From assembly GCF_006345805.1 (NCBI RefSeq), contig NC_043023.1, forward strand, positions 6,696,001-6,760,000: a stretch of DNA of 64,000 bases, read 5' to 3'. The DNA comes from Octopus sinensis. Its lineage: Eukaryota. Both the position numbers and the translations under genes were made by a program. The notes beneath the pieces were generated by a model that saw only the letters and a list, made by a program, of their open reading frames with translations, had not been told where the DNA came from and did no database searches. Position 1 is the stretch's first letter. Each line of letters begins with the position of its first letter. This document shows positions 11,445 through 25,359 of this stretch, in pieces.

Positions 11445-13495
11445 AACAGATATAACTAATGATGTGTGCACACACACACACAAACTCTGTTTGAGCAGAC
11501 ATAACTAATGACATACACAGATTTAGCCCACATAGGCTGTTTGTGGTTAAACAGACATAACTAATGATGCACAATCTCTGGTTAAACAGCAGACATAACT
11601 AATGACACACCTAAATGCAAAGGAATCTCAGGTTTAGCAGACATAACTAATAACACACACACACAGACATAACTAATCGCAAATGCACAAGGATGATCTC
11701 TGATTAACAGACATAACTAATGACACACACAAACAGAAAGAGAATTCTGGCTACACAGACATAACTAATGATGCACAAAGACACACAGACTATCTATACA
11801 CAAGTTAAATAGATCCGGTCAGACATAACTAATGACACACACACAGACATAACTAACCGCATATATAGAGACAATCCGGTTAAAAAGACATAACTAATGA
11901 CACGACTAAATGCAAAAACAGCTCAGATTTAGCAGACATAACTAACCGCATACATGCTGAGACAATCTGGTTAAAAAGACATAACTAATGACACAACAAA
12001 ATACAAAAATGGCTCAGATTTAGCAGACATAACTAACCGCATACCTGCTGAGACAATCTGGTTAAAAAGACATAACTAATGACACACACACAGACATAAC
12101 TAACCGCATACATGCTGAGACAATCTGGTTAAAAAGACATAACTAATGACACAACTAAATGCAAAAAACAGCTCAGATTTAGCAGACATAACTAATGACA
12201 CACATAGACATAACTAACCGCATACAGAGACAATCTGGTTAAAAAGACATAACTAATGACACAACTAAATGCAAAAAACAGCTCAGATTTAGCAGACATA
12301 ACTAATGACACACATAGACATAACTAACCGCATACAGAGACAATCTGGTTAAAAAGACATAACTAATGGCACAACTAAATGCAAAAAACAGCTCAAATTT
12401 AGCAGACATAACTAATAACACACACACACAGACATAACTAATCGCAATGCACAAGGATGATCTCTGATTAACAGACATAACTAATGACACACACAAACAG
12501 AAAGAGAATTCTGGCTACACAGACATAACTAATGATGCACAAAGACACACAGACTATCTATACACAAGTTAAATAGATCCGGTCAGACATAACTAATGAC
12601 ACACCTAAATGCAAGGAAATTTAGCAGACATAACTAATGACACACACACAGACATAACTAACCGCATATATAGAGACAATCCGGTTAAAAAGACATAACT
12701 AATGACACGACTAAATGCAAAAACAGCTCAGATTTAGCAGACATAACTAATGACACACACACAGACATAACTAACCGCATACATACAGAGACAATTGGTT
12801 AAAAACACATAACTAATGACACAAATAAATGCAAAAACAGCTCAGATTTAGCAGACATAACTAACCGCATACATGCTGAGACAATCTGGTTAAAAAGACA
12901 TAACTAATGACACACACACAGACATAACTAACCGCATACATGCTGAGACAATCTGGTTAAAAAGACATAACTAATGACACACACACAGACATAACTAACC
13001 GCATACATGCTGAGACAATCTGGTTAAAAAGACATAACTAATGACACAACTAAATGCAAAAAAACAGCTCAGATTTAGCAGACATAACTAATGACACACA
13101 TAGACATAACTAACCGCATACAGAGACAATCTGGTTAAAAAGACATAACTAATGACACAACTAAATGCAAAAAAACAGCTCAGATTTAGCAGACATAACT
13201 AATGACACACATAGACATAACTAACCGCATACAGAGACAATCTGGTTAAAAAGACATAACTAATGACACAAATAAATGCAAAAAACAGCTCAGATTTAGC
13301 AGACATAACTAATGACACACATAGACATAACTAACCGCATACAGAGACAATCTGGTTAAAAAGACATAACTAATGGCACAACTAAATGCAAAAAACAGCT
13401 CAAATTTAGCAGACATAACTAATGACACACACACAGACATAACTAATCGCAAATGCACAAGGAAGATCTCTGATTAACAGACATAACTAACGACA
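11445..13495. repeat. complex minisatellite with invariant core AGACATAACTAA and higher-order structure
   Basis: Core recurs every 20-45 bp with a small set of reused linkers. Confidence 0.95.
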
Positions 13496-13665
13496 CGCCG
13501 GATAAACACTGACAATCTCGACTTAACACAGATGCACACATACACATAAAAACACACACATACACACACACACACGCACACACACACACACGCATGCACA
13601 CGCATGTACACACACCCCACACACACTGCCTGTTTTTCTGCTTAAGCTAGTTCTCATGTACTCGC

Positions 13666-13721
13666 CTTCCGGAACTGTAAAAAGATATTCTCAAGATCTT
13701 TGAAGTGACATGATACGTCTC
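13666..13721 (-). CDS. candidate internal exon ((G)DVSCHFKDLENIFLQFRK) with a GC donor
   Basis: tttacgcag acceptor; AAG|GCGAGT fits the GC-AG donor consensus; short unique island between repeats; in phase with the 11102 exon. Confidence 0.4.
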
Positions 13722-16513
13722 CTGCGTAAATTGGATTCTTGGGCACCCAGGTGGAAAAACACAGCATGGGTGGGTAGACAGAGGGCACACAGACAGACAG
13801 ACAGATATTTACTATATATACTCTTTTACTTGTTTCAGTCATTTGATTGCGGCCATGCTGGAGCACAGCCTTTAGTCGAGCAAATCGACCCCAGGATTTA
13901 TTCTTTGTAAACCTAGTACTTATTCTATCGGTCTCCTTTGCCGAACTGCGAAGTTACTAGGATGTAAACACACCGCATCAGCTGTGAAGCGACATTGGGG
14001 GAACAAACACACACACACACATATGTATATATGACGGGCTTCTTTCAGTTTCCGTCTACCAAATCTACTCACAAGGCCTTGGGTCACTTGCCCAAGGTGC
14101 CACGCAGTGGGACTGAACCCAGAACTACTTACCACACAGCCACTCCTATGCCTACATATATATATATATACACACACACACACCAGAAGATAGACACTGT
14201 GTCTATATATTCTTTTCTACTCTAGGCACAAGAGGGAGGGGGACAGTCGATTAGATCGACCCCAGTATGTAACTGGTACTTGATTTATTGACCCTGAAAA
14301 GCTGAATGGCAAAGTCAGCCTCGGCGGAATTTGAACTCAGAACGTAAAGACAGACGAAAAACCACTAAGCATTTCGCCCGGCTTGCTAACACTTCTGCCA
14401 GCTCTCCACCTTACAGCGTGTATATATTGATTGGATAGCTACACACAGTGTGTATATATTGACTGGATAGACACAGAGTGTAGAAGGCAGTGAGCTGGCA
14501 GAAACGTTAGCACGCCAGGCGAAATGCTTAGCGTTATTTCATCTGCCGCTATGTTCTGAGTTCAAATTCCGCTGAGGTCGACTTTGCCTTTTATTCCTTC
14601 CGGGGTCGATAAATTAAGTACCAGTTACGCACTGGGGGCAATCTAATCGACTTAATCCGTTTGTCTGTCCTTATTTGTCCCCTCTGTGTTTAGCCCCTTG
14701 TGGGTAGTAAAGAAATAGGTATTTCATCTGCCGCTACGTTCTGAGTTCAAATTCCGCCGAGGTCAACTTTGCTTTTCATCCTTTCGGGGTCAATAAATTA
14801 AGTACGTTACGCACTGGGGGCGATCTCATCAACTTAATCCCTTTGTCTGTCCTTGTTTGTCCTCTCTGTGTTTAGCCCCTTGTGGGCAATAAAGAAATAA
14901 GAAACATTAGCATGCCGGGCGAAATGCCCAGAGGTATTTCGTCTGTTTTTCACGTTCTGAGTTCAAATTCTGCTGAGGTCGACTTTGCCTTTCATCCTTT
15001 CGGGGTCAATAAATTAAGTACCAGTTACGCACTGGGGGGCGATCTAATCGACTGAATCCCTTTGTCTGTCCTTGTTTGTCCCCTCTATGTTTAGCCCCTT
15101 GTGGGTAGTAAAGGAATAAAAAGAAATAAGATACAGTGTGTAGATGTTCGTTAGATACTCAGACAGAATGTGTAGATTAGATAGATAGACACAGTGTATA
15201 GATGTTGAGTGGATATATAGAAATGGTGTGTAGATGTTGAATTGATAGACAGAGGCATTTTAATAGAGTTTACATAGACTATAATAGATATTCTTTTCTA
15301 CTCTAGGCACAAGGCCTGAAATTTGGGGGAAAGGGGCCAGACAATTAGCAACTGGTACTTTATTTATCGACCCTGAAAGGATGAAAGGCAAAGTCAACCT
15401 CGGTGGAATTTGAAATCAGAACATAAAGACAGACGAAATACCTATTTCTTTACTACCCACAAGGGGCTAAACACAGAGGGGACAAGCAAGGACAGACAAA
15501 CAGATTAAGTCAACGGATTACATCAACCCCAGTGCGTAACTGGTACTTAATTTATCGACCCCGAAAGGACGAAAGGCAAAGTTGACCTCAGTGGAATTTG
15601 AACTCAGAACGTAAAGACAAACGAAATACCACTAAGCATTTCATCCAGCATGCTAAAGACAATAAAAGATATTGATGTGATAGGCGCAGGAGTGGCTGTG
15701 TGGTAAGTAGCTTGCTTACCAACCACATGGTTCTGGGTTCAGTCCCACTGCGTGGCACCTTGGGCAAGTGTCTTCTACTATATCCTCGGGCCAACCAAAG
15801 CCTTGTGAGTGGATTTGGTAGACAGAAACTGTATATATATATATGTAAGTGTGTGTATATGTTTGTGCATCTGTGTTTGCACCCACCCACCCCGATATCG
15901 CTTGATAACCGATGCTGGTGTGTTTACATCCCCGTAACATAGTGGTTCGGCAAAAAGAGACCGATAGAATAAGTACTAGGCTTACAAAAGAATAAGTCCT
16001 GGGGTCGATTTGCTCGACTAAAAAAGGTGGTGCTCCAGCATGGCCGCAGTCAAATGACTGAAACAAGTAAAAGAGTAAAAGACTAATACATAGATACCTT
16101 GATTACATGGTCACTTTTCCATGATCTAATAAGGGAGCCTGTACACCTTAACAAGAAATAGCAGCTAAATATCCTTCAGATTACACCCAATGTATGAAAA
16201 GAAGGCAATTATTACTCTCGAATGGGTATGCAAATATCTTGAAAACACCCGACAGAGTGATGGCTATGCCCTGTATAGTTACAGATTACCCTTTGGCAAG
16301 GTATAACGCCCATTCAGCCACCCTGCCAGGGATATGGTGAAGTCAAGGGACTGTGGAGAGGCAGTGGAAGAGCTCAACAGAGCCAGAAGGAATCCTGAAA
16401 GATTAATGGTCAGAATCTATAAGTTCTATCAACAGGATCTCTGCAATGAATCCATAGGGATGGTGTCCATGGTGGTCTAATCAGCTAATGAAATATACAT
16501 TACATTATTTACA

Positions 16514-16895
16514 TCTTTATACATAAAAGAGAGGTTGTGTGCTGTCTGTCTCCTACGATTTAGATTCATAACTACTTCCACATTTTGCGGTGCAGTATCT
16601 TATAGTCGTGATTCATATCGAGCCCTTCTGGGTATTAGCGCGCGTCTACGATGAGTCTACGATTTAAAAAAAAAATTACCATCAATTTTTCCCATTTTAA
16701 TGCATTTTTGGCATATATAAGGGAAGTAACTCTCTAAAAGTTTATTATTAAATCTCAGAACGTAAAAAGCTACAGTAACACCCACCTCCCTTTGTGGTTA
16801 ACCATATTGAGATGGCTATTATACTTTACATCTCTAAAAATGCTTATATAGTTATTTCCCTTACAAACCCGAGCAACGCCGGGCGATACTGCTAG
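16514..16895 (+). mobile_element. non-autonomous Helitron
   Basis: A|TC start, 3' hairpin cccgagcaacgccggg then CTAG|T, no TSD. Confidence 0.85.
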
Positions 16896-17117
16896 TATAT
16901 ATATATTTGATGGATATCTGCCTCATCTCTTTTGATGGAGTTTGAGGATGCTGACCATTGATCCTCTAGGATTCCTCTGCTCAGCATATGGCGTAGTGGT
17001 TAAGAATGCGGGCTACTAACCCCAAGATTCTGAGTTCGATTCTGGGCAGTGACCTGAATAATAACAATAATTATTATTTACAATTGACGGATATTTGTCC
17101 TCATCTTGTTTGTTGTT

Positions 17118-17165
17118 AACACAACGTTTCGGCTGATATACCCTCCAGCCTTCATCAGGTGTCTT
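17118..17165 (-). ncRNA. minimal type I hammerhead motif
   Basis: gacac-CTGATGA-a-ggctg...cagcc-GAAA-C-GTT^gtgtt; loopless palindromic stem III (AACGTT). Confidence 0.7.
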
Positions 17166-17210
17166 GGGGAAATTTTGAACCAGGTTTTTCATTCCTCAAG
17201 TATTTTTCAA

Positions 17211-17258
<48 letters not shown>

Positions 17259-17288
17259 CATTATTAGTATTATTACTATTATTATTAT

Positions 17289-17750
17289 TGAGTGAGAGAG
17301 CAGTGCATGCCATCAAAGTGACACTGGGGTAAAATATACAGAGCCCAGTATACCCATCATGACTACCCGTCTGATAAGGGTACACCAGGCACATGCATCA
17401 CAACCATATGTGCGCAACATGGTGATCTCATATCAAGATAAACAGCACATGACCTTGCAGGTGGGGCCCAGTTAGAATATTCTTCAAGTCGAGTAGCCCA
17501 TCCTGCTCAAAAGGTCCCTGAATAAGGGTTGCTTTAGGATGTTGAACGAAACACCTATGTTTCCAGAGGTGAATTATTCAAACTCCAAAGAATCCCTCTC
17601 AACACATGGTTATGATGCTCCCCCGCTACTTCTGCTCGTGATCAGAGATGCACATATTGTCAGCCACTAAGGGACATGGTCAACTGGTTAAGGTCAAACA
17701 ACTGACAAGCAAATCTGTGGTATTGAACAGAATATTTGCTGTAGCCCATT
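17289..17750 (-). mobile_element. non-LTR retrotransposon 3' UTR-like insert between (TAA)n tracts (Dong/R4-like targeting); short second copy at 17798-17850
   Basis: Two copies share the same end abutting (TTA)n; no ORF; clade assignment is inferred from the target only. Confidence 0.4.
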
Positions 17751-18719
17751 ATTATTATTATTATGATGATTATTATTATTATTATTATTATTATTATTGA
17801 GTGAGAGAGCAGTGCATGCCATCAAAGTGACACTGGGGTAAAATATATAGACACTAATATCTTTTCAACTACCATAAGAATTTTTAAGTGTGTTACTGTC
17901 TCAGAGATTCTTATGGTAGTTGAAGAGACATTAGCTTCTATTTCTGATTCAGTACATGGCGAGGAACTTAGCTGATCGCTGATGTTAATTATACTCTTTT
18001 ACTTGTTTCAGTCATTTGACTGCGGCCATGCTGGAGCACTGCCTTTAATCGAGCAAATCAACCCCGGGACTTATTCTTTGTAAGCCCAGTACTTATTCTA
18101 TCGGTCTCTTTTGCCGAACCGCTAAGTGACGGGGACATAAACACACCAGCATCGGTTGTCAAGCAATGCTAGGGGGACAAACACAGACACACAAACATAT
18201 ACACACACATACAAATATATATATATACATATACACAACAGGCTTCTTTCAGTTTCCGTCTACCAAATCCACTCACAATGCTTTGGTCGGCCTGAGGCTA
18301 TAGTAGAAGACACTTGCCCAAGGTGCCACGCAGTGGGACTGAACCCGGAACCATGTGGTTGGTAAGCAAGCTACTTACCACACAGCCACTCGCATATAAT
18401 TATAGAATAGTTTTATATATACAAACAGATAGAGAGATAGGGAGCAAGACAAAGAGACAGACAGACAGACACAGTTAGATAGGCAGATATGTATCTGTTT
18501 GTCTTTGTGTTTGTCCCCAACAACCACTTGACAACCGGTGTTGGTTTGTCTACATCCCACCTAACTTAGCAGTTTGACATAGGGGGCCAATGGAGTAAGT
18601 ACCAGGCTTGGAAGAAAAGCACTGGGGTGAATTCCATCGACTAAAACCCTTCAAGGTGGTGCTCCAGCATGGCAGCAGTTCAATGACCGAAACAAGTGAA
18701 AAATAATATATAGCTATTC

Positions 18720-19062
18720 CCACCACTACCACCACCACCATCGCCACCACCACCTCTACCACCACCAGCACTACAGCCACCACCACCACCACCACCACCA
18801 TTACAACTGCTACTACCACCACCACCATCGCCACCACCACCACCACCAGCACTACAACTACTACCACCACCACCACTACTGCAACTACTCACCACCACTT
18901 GTACCACTGCCATCACCACCACTACTAGCACTGCCACAACCACCACTACCACCACCACCAGCACCACAACTACTACTACTACCATCACCACTAGTACAAC
19001 TACTCACTACTACTACCACCACCTTCAGCACTACCACCACCACTACCATTAGTACTACAACT
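18720..19062. repeat. (ACC/ACT)n trinucleotide tract; a similar (GGT)n tract lies at 37496-37755
   Basis: Direct observation. Confidence 0.95.
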
Positions 19063-21337
19063 ACGTAGTCTCCCAAGATTTCAAATATGCGAAGGTGTAT
19101 ATCGCCTATTTTTGTTTTTATGACATTTAACCTCCACCACCACCCCTGACACCAAACACTCACCCACCACCCACATCCACCCCACCGACTTCAATCCACA
19201 CCCTGTAACCTAAGAGGAAGGGTGGTGGCGGTGGCAGTGCGAGGGGGGAGGGAAGGGGCAGTGTGGTGTGCTGCGCAACCAACCCAACCACCGACCAGCG
19301 ACCAGGCCACAAGTAGTTATGGGTTGACAGAGAAGAAATAAACTAGGTCAGGTGATTGTGAAGGAATTTCGTCCTGTGTGTGTGTGTGTGTGTGTGTGTT
19401 GCCAGGTGTGGCTGAGTGGTTGAATGAATTTCCGGGTTCGGTCCTGTTGCTGGACATCTTGGAATGATATCTTCTACTACTATGGGTCCCATGTCAAAAT
19501 AATATTTTGTCGGTGGAATTCGCTAGATGGGAACACTCTGTGTGTGTGTGTGTGAGTGTGTATATGTGTGTGTGTATGTGTATGTGTGTATGTTGTGTAT
19601 GTGTGTGTATGTATATGTGTATACACATGTGTGTATGTATCATGTTGTATGTGTTGTGTATGTATGTATGTGTATGTATATGTGTATACACATGTGTGTA
19701 TGAATGTGTTGTGTATGTATGTGTGTGTATGTATATGTGTGTATACACACGTGTGTATGTATGTGTGTATGTATGTGTTGTGTGTATATGTGTGTATATG
19801 TATTGTGTGTGTGCATGTATGTGTGTATGTATATGTGTGTGCATGTGAGTGTGTCTTTGTATCTGTGTTCATCCCTAACCACTGATTGACAACCAGTGTT
19901 GGTGTGTTTATGTATCCTACCCCCATAACTCAACAGTTCAGCAAAAGGCAACTGATAGACCAATTACCAGGTTTAAAAATCAAAGATAAAACAATAAATA
20001 CAGGGGATTGATCCATTCGACTAAAATTTCAGTTGAATAAATTGACCCTACAGTGGAGGCACATGGCCTAGTGGTTAGAGTAGCGGACTTGCAGTCATAA
20101 GAACACGGTTTCAATACCCAGACCGGGCATTGTGAGTGCTTATTGAGCAAAAACACCTAAGCTCCACGAGGTTCCAGCGGAGAGGGGTGGTGAACCCCGC
20201 TGTACTCTTTCACCACAACTTTCTCTCACTCTTTCTTCCTACTTCTGCCACAAAGCAGAGGAACCATGGTGTAACCCTCTATGGTGTGGTAAACTTTCAG
20301 ACCCTAGTCTAGATTGCGAATCCTCTCTACCCCAGGATGGTTCAGCTCTCCACCCGTTAAAAGCCACCATTTACAGAATGAGGATAACTATGTAGCTTTC
20401 ATACCCGTGCAACTGCCAGTCTATCGCATGTGGTGGGTGGATCTTCAAGTTGCCACACACATTCTTAGTAGCTTAGAGTAGGCTCAAATTAGAGATTATT
20501 CTTTGTGGGTAATGGCATGAGTCCTGATTGGAAGAAGAAGAAGAAGAAGAAGAAGAAGAGCAGCGGACTCACGGTCAAGGGATCATGGGTTCGAATCTCA
20601 GACCAGGCAATGTGTGTGTTTATGAGCGAAACCCCTAAGCTCCACGCGGCTCTGGCAGAAGGTAATGGCGAACTTCTGCTGACTCTTTCACAACATTTTC
20701 TCTCACTCTTTCCTCCTGCATCTTGCAGCTCACCTGCGACGGACCGGCGTCCCGTCCAGATGGGGAACCTATACACCAAGGAAACCGGGAAACCGGCCCT
20801 TATGAGCCAGGCATAGCTTGAGAAGGAACAAACAACAACAACAAAAACAAATTGACCCCACAACTCATTTGTTTCATTTGCACTTCCTTTTTGCAGCCTG
20901 GTATTTTCTGTATCAGTCACCTTTGCTGAACCACTAAGTTATACAGCCATAAACACACCAATGCCAGTTGTCATGTAGTGATGGGTATGTAACAAATACA
21001 GATAAACACACACATACACAAACACACATGCCCATAAACACATAAGCACACACATAAACGACGGGCTCCTTTCAATTTTTCTCTACCAAATTAACTTCCA
21101 AGGCTTTGTTCGTCCTGGGACTATAGTAATGGGAAAGAAATCACCGGTTCAATTTCCACTCGTTTCTCTATTTATTTATTCCAGAAAGCATTTTCATCAC
21201 TGGTCAAAAATATGGCAATGTATTATAATAAGGTATTATGACTCTCTGCAGACAACAAAATTGTTCCAACTCACAAATCCACATAATGAATCTTGCAAAC
21301 CAGATACAAAAAGTATATATATATATATATAATGAAG

Positions 21338-21395
<58 letters not shown>

Positions 21396-21409
21396 GAAGT
21401 ATATATATA

Positions 21410-21447
<38 letters not shown>

Positions 21448-22196
21448 TATATATATCATGAAGTATATATATATATATATTATATATTAATGAAGTATAT
21501 ATATATACGTATAAAAGGGATGACCTGTAAGTGGACTTACATAAGTGTGTTTGTGTGTGTGTGTATGTGTATGTTTGTCCCCCTACCATCGCTTGACAAC
21601 CAATGTTGGTGTGTTATGTCCACATAACTTAGCGGTTCGGCATAAGAGACTGATAGAATAAATACTAGGCATAGAAAGAATAAGTCCTGGGGTCGATTTT
21701 TTCGACTAATGACAGTGTTCCAGCATGGCCACAGTCAAATGACTGAAATAAATAAGAGAATAAATGAAAAAAAATATATAGCAATACATAAAGATAAGAT
21801 CCGAGAATCAAGGTGTAGGAAGTTAGTAAGCTTCAAGTAGTCTATAGAAAGTATAAAAAACAACTTTCAGAAACAATAGCTGTTTACTGATGTAGAAGGT
21901 TGAAAATTTTTCCCATACTTGTGGTCTGATAAGCTGAAAAAAGTTGTTATATTTTATAGTTACTACTTTCATGGTTCTGCTAGCAATGAAAGAAATGTAA
22001 CTTAGAGTTTATCAACTCCATTCCCTGAATTTGGATATATATATTTATATATATATATATATATAAACTTTTCTACTTACTCTAGGTACAAGTCTCGAAA
22101 TTTTGGGGGAGGTGGCTAGTCGATTAGATCAACCCCCAGTGCACAACTGGTACTTGATTTGTATATATATATATATATATACACACATATATATAA

Positions 22197-22530
22197 GGTG
22201 CATGGCTCAGTGTTTAGAGTTTCAGGCTCACAATCATGAGGTAGTCAGTTCAATTCTCAGACCAAGCTGCGTGTTGTGTTCTTGAGCAAGGCACTTTATT
22301 TCACGTTGCTCCAGTTCACTCAGCTGTAGAAATGAGTTGCAACATCACAGGTGCCAAGCTGTATCGGCCCCTTTGCCTTTCCATTGGATAACATCGGTGA
22401 CATGGAGAGAGGAGGCTGGTATGCATGGGTAACTGCTGGTCTTTCATAAACAACTTTGCCCAGACTTGTGCCCCAGAAGAGAACTTTCTAGGTGCAATCC
22501 TGTGGTCATTCTTAATCAAAGGGAGTCTTT
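22197..22530 (+). mobile_element. tRNA-derived SINE family C; also 7205-7540(-) and 30538-30858
   Basis: tggctcagtg.ttagag head, tgtgttcttgagcaag.cacttta domain, three homologous copies. Confidence 0.85.
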
Positions 22531-22780
22531 GTCTTTTACCCATTATGTGTGTGTGTATCAGAGGGGGACAAAAACAGAAAAAATGACACACAATAGAAAT
22601 GGAGACACCCAACCCTTCATTAGTTATCGACCAAACGTCATCACCATTCCAATACTATCCAAGCAATATTGTTCAATTTGGCAGGGTCAGCAACAGAAGC
22701 TGTTGGGGTATAAAGAAAGGGACATGATAGATGAACACAAGTAGAAAAAAATAAGACAAGTAAAATAGCTAGAAAAAACA

Positions 22781-23225
22781 ATGTTTCTGCCTGCAATGTT
22801 ATATGGTAGTGAAACATGGGCTACCACAAAGAGGGAAGAGCAAAGACTGGTAACGGCTCAAAGAGCCATGGAAAGGTCAATGCTTGGTATCTCGCTGAGA
22901 GAGCACATAAATAGCAACATCATCAGAAAGAAGTCTGGCGTGAGAGATGTCACCGCAGAGTATACACGCAGCAAGTATTGATGGGCTGGACACGTCGCCC
23001 GGCTCACAGATAATCGGTGGACGCACGCAGTTGCCGAGTGGTACCTGCGTGAGCAGAAAAGACCACCCGGAACACCTCCACGACGGTGGAGTGACGATTT
23101 CAAGAGGACGATTGGGATCACGTGGATGAGAAAGGCGCGATCCAGAGAGGAGTGGACAGCGCGCTGTGACCAGCGGTGTCAAATGGATGCCTGACGGACT
23201 GGTCGGTCAAAGTGGTCAAAGTGAT
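22781..23225 (+). mobile_element. 5'-truncated RTE-clade LINE
   Basis: LPAMLYGSETW...AQRAMERSMLGISL...WAGHVAR..DNRW...RPPGTPPRRWSDD; short tandem tail gtcaaagtg. Confidence 0.9.
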
Positions 23226-23249
23226 AAGCAACAGAAGTGACTGAGAACC

Positions 23250-23608
23250 TTATGCTCACACTTGGTATGCCTACACAACAGAGTTCCTAGTCAAATGTCC
23301 CAAGTGGTTTCACTCTGCATACTTTAGCTCCATTACTCAAGCAACGGTGTGTTGTAATTTCGTTTTTATAGCATCGGTCCTGGTACTTTTTGGTCAATGA
23401 AATCCAAGAGAATGCGACAAGGTAGCTGCTCACTATCCCCTAAAAAGGATTTCCGGGAATGCTTCCATCATCGGAAACGACGCTGGATAAATAATTGTGT
23501 GGCTTCAAAAGGGGACAACTTTGAAGGAGATTAAATGATGAATTGATATGTGATGTAGTTTTCTTTTTATAGTACCAATCCAAACACTTTTTTGATCAGC
23601 CCTCGTAT
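23250..23608 (+). mobile_element. 3' remnant of a mariner element
   Basis: RW..CV.SKGDNFEGD-like end followed by a TIR ending cttttttgatcagccctcgta. Confidence 0.55.
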
Positions 23609-24224
23609 ACTGCATAGGTTACAAGTATTACAGCCTACCCTGAGATCGCTGTTGAGAGGCCCCTGATATCAAATAAGTACTTATTCTATTGGTCTCTTTT
23701 GCCGAACCGCTAAGTTTCAGGGATGGAAACACACCAACATCGGTTGTCAATTGATGGTGGGGGGACAAACACAGACACACAAACACATATATATGTACAA
23801 CAAGCTTCTTTCGGTTTCCATCCACCAAATCCACTCACAGGGCTTTGGTCAGCCCAAGGCTATAGGAGAAGACACTTGCCCAAGGTGCCACACAATAGGA
23901 CTGAACCTGGAACCATGTGGTTGGTAACCACTCCGAGAGTGTAGTGGGTGCTTTTTACGTACCACTGGCACAGGGGCCAGTCAGGCACACCGGGCATCGA
24001 TCATGTTCGGATAGTGCTTTTTACATACCACCGGCATGAGAACCTGTCAGGGGGTACTGGTACTGGCCACATTCAGATGGTGCTTTTTACATGCCACCAG
24101 CATGGGGGCCAGTCAGGTAGATCTGGTATCGACCATGTTTGGATGGTGCTTCTTACCTGCCACCAGCACAAGAGCCAGTCTGGGAGTACTGACATCGGCC
24201 ACGTTTGGTTGGTGCTTTTTATGA

Positions 24225-25137
24225 CAATCACAGTAGAAGACCTTCAAAATTGGATGCAGATGTTTTGAAAGCTAAATCCAAAGAAAACTCAAATATCACA
24301 ACCAGAGAACTTGCAGAAGAGTTGGAAGTTTCTAAAAGTATGTCTCATAAACACCTAGTGAAGCTAGGATACATTTCTCACTAAGATGTATGGGTCCTTC
24401 ATAAATTCTTAGAAGAGAACTGCTTGGACCAGTATTCCATTTGTGATATGCTTTTGAAACAGAATGAAAGCATGGCTTTTTTGAAACAACTTGTAACTGG
24501 AGATGAAAAATGGATTGTGTATGAAAATGTGGTGTGAAAAAGATCCTGGAGTTTGCGTAAGGATTCCTCAAAACAGCAACCAAAGACGAACATCTATGCC
24601 AAACTGCTTTGTGTTTGGTGGAATTGGAAAGGCTTTATATATCATGAGCTTCTCACACAAAACTAGACCATTAATTCTGATGTGTACTGTCATCCACTGG
24701 CTAATTTGAACCAAAAAATCAAAGAATTGAGGCTGGATATTGCTCACAGGAAAGGGGTAGTGTTCCAACATGACAATGCCCGACCACATGTTTCTTTGGC
24801 TACCCGAAGAAAGTTATATGAACCTGGCTGGGATCTTTTACCCCATCCACCATATTCTCCTGATATTGCACCATCAGACTACCATTTGGTTTTGTCTCTA
24901 CAGAACTCATTGCAAGGAAAAACTTTTAATGATTTAGATGGAGTCAAAATGCATCTAGAAAACTTTTTTTCTTCAAAACCAGTCAAATTTTATGCTGGTG
25001 GAATATTTAAATTGCCTGATAGAAGGGCAAAAGTCATTAATAATAATGGAAATTATTTCACTGAATATAATTTTGTGAAAGGTCAATTATTTATATCCAT
25101 TTTTGCATATTAAAAAACGCTCAGAACTTTCCGACAG
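24225..25137 (+). mobile_element. decayed mariner transposase (DD34D)
   Basis: VTGDEKW at about 24493; FQHDNARPH...HPPYSPDIAPSDYHL with 34-residue spacing; stops and frameshifts. Confidence 0.92.
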
Positions 25138-25359
25138 TTATGTATGTGAGTTTAGCTCCAAAAGGCTCTGAAATGGTGCATGTGTCCTCAAGAAAAACGA
25201 ATTTGATTTTCGAATTTTGTGTTCTAAAGATAAGGTTTTCCATAAATAATAATTAAAAAATGTAATTTGCTATGAGAATTAACTCAGGTTTTAGATCAAC
25301 AAATCTACGTTTCCATCTTTGCTTTCATTTTGGTAAAAACTTTGTCTTCTCATCATAAT

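Noticed and set aside
11445-13495. CRISPR-like look (constant repeat with variable spacers)
   Set aside because: The core is only about 12 nt, linkers are reused rather than unique, there are no cas genes, and the context is eukaryotic
16989-17056. tRNA-like sequences (also 31088, 46970-47110 and 22200)
   Set aside because: A/B boxes are present but there is no complete acceptor stem; they are SINE heads
18550-19163. Poly-Val, Gly or Thr mucin-like ORFs (also 37447-37857)
   Set aside because: Trinucleotide repeats. The unique stretch RLNVIKTKIGDIHLRIFEILGDY at about 19065-19130 lacks a credible acceptor and matching phase
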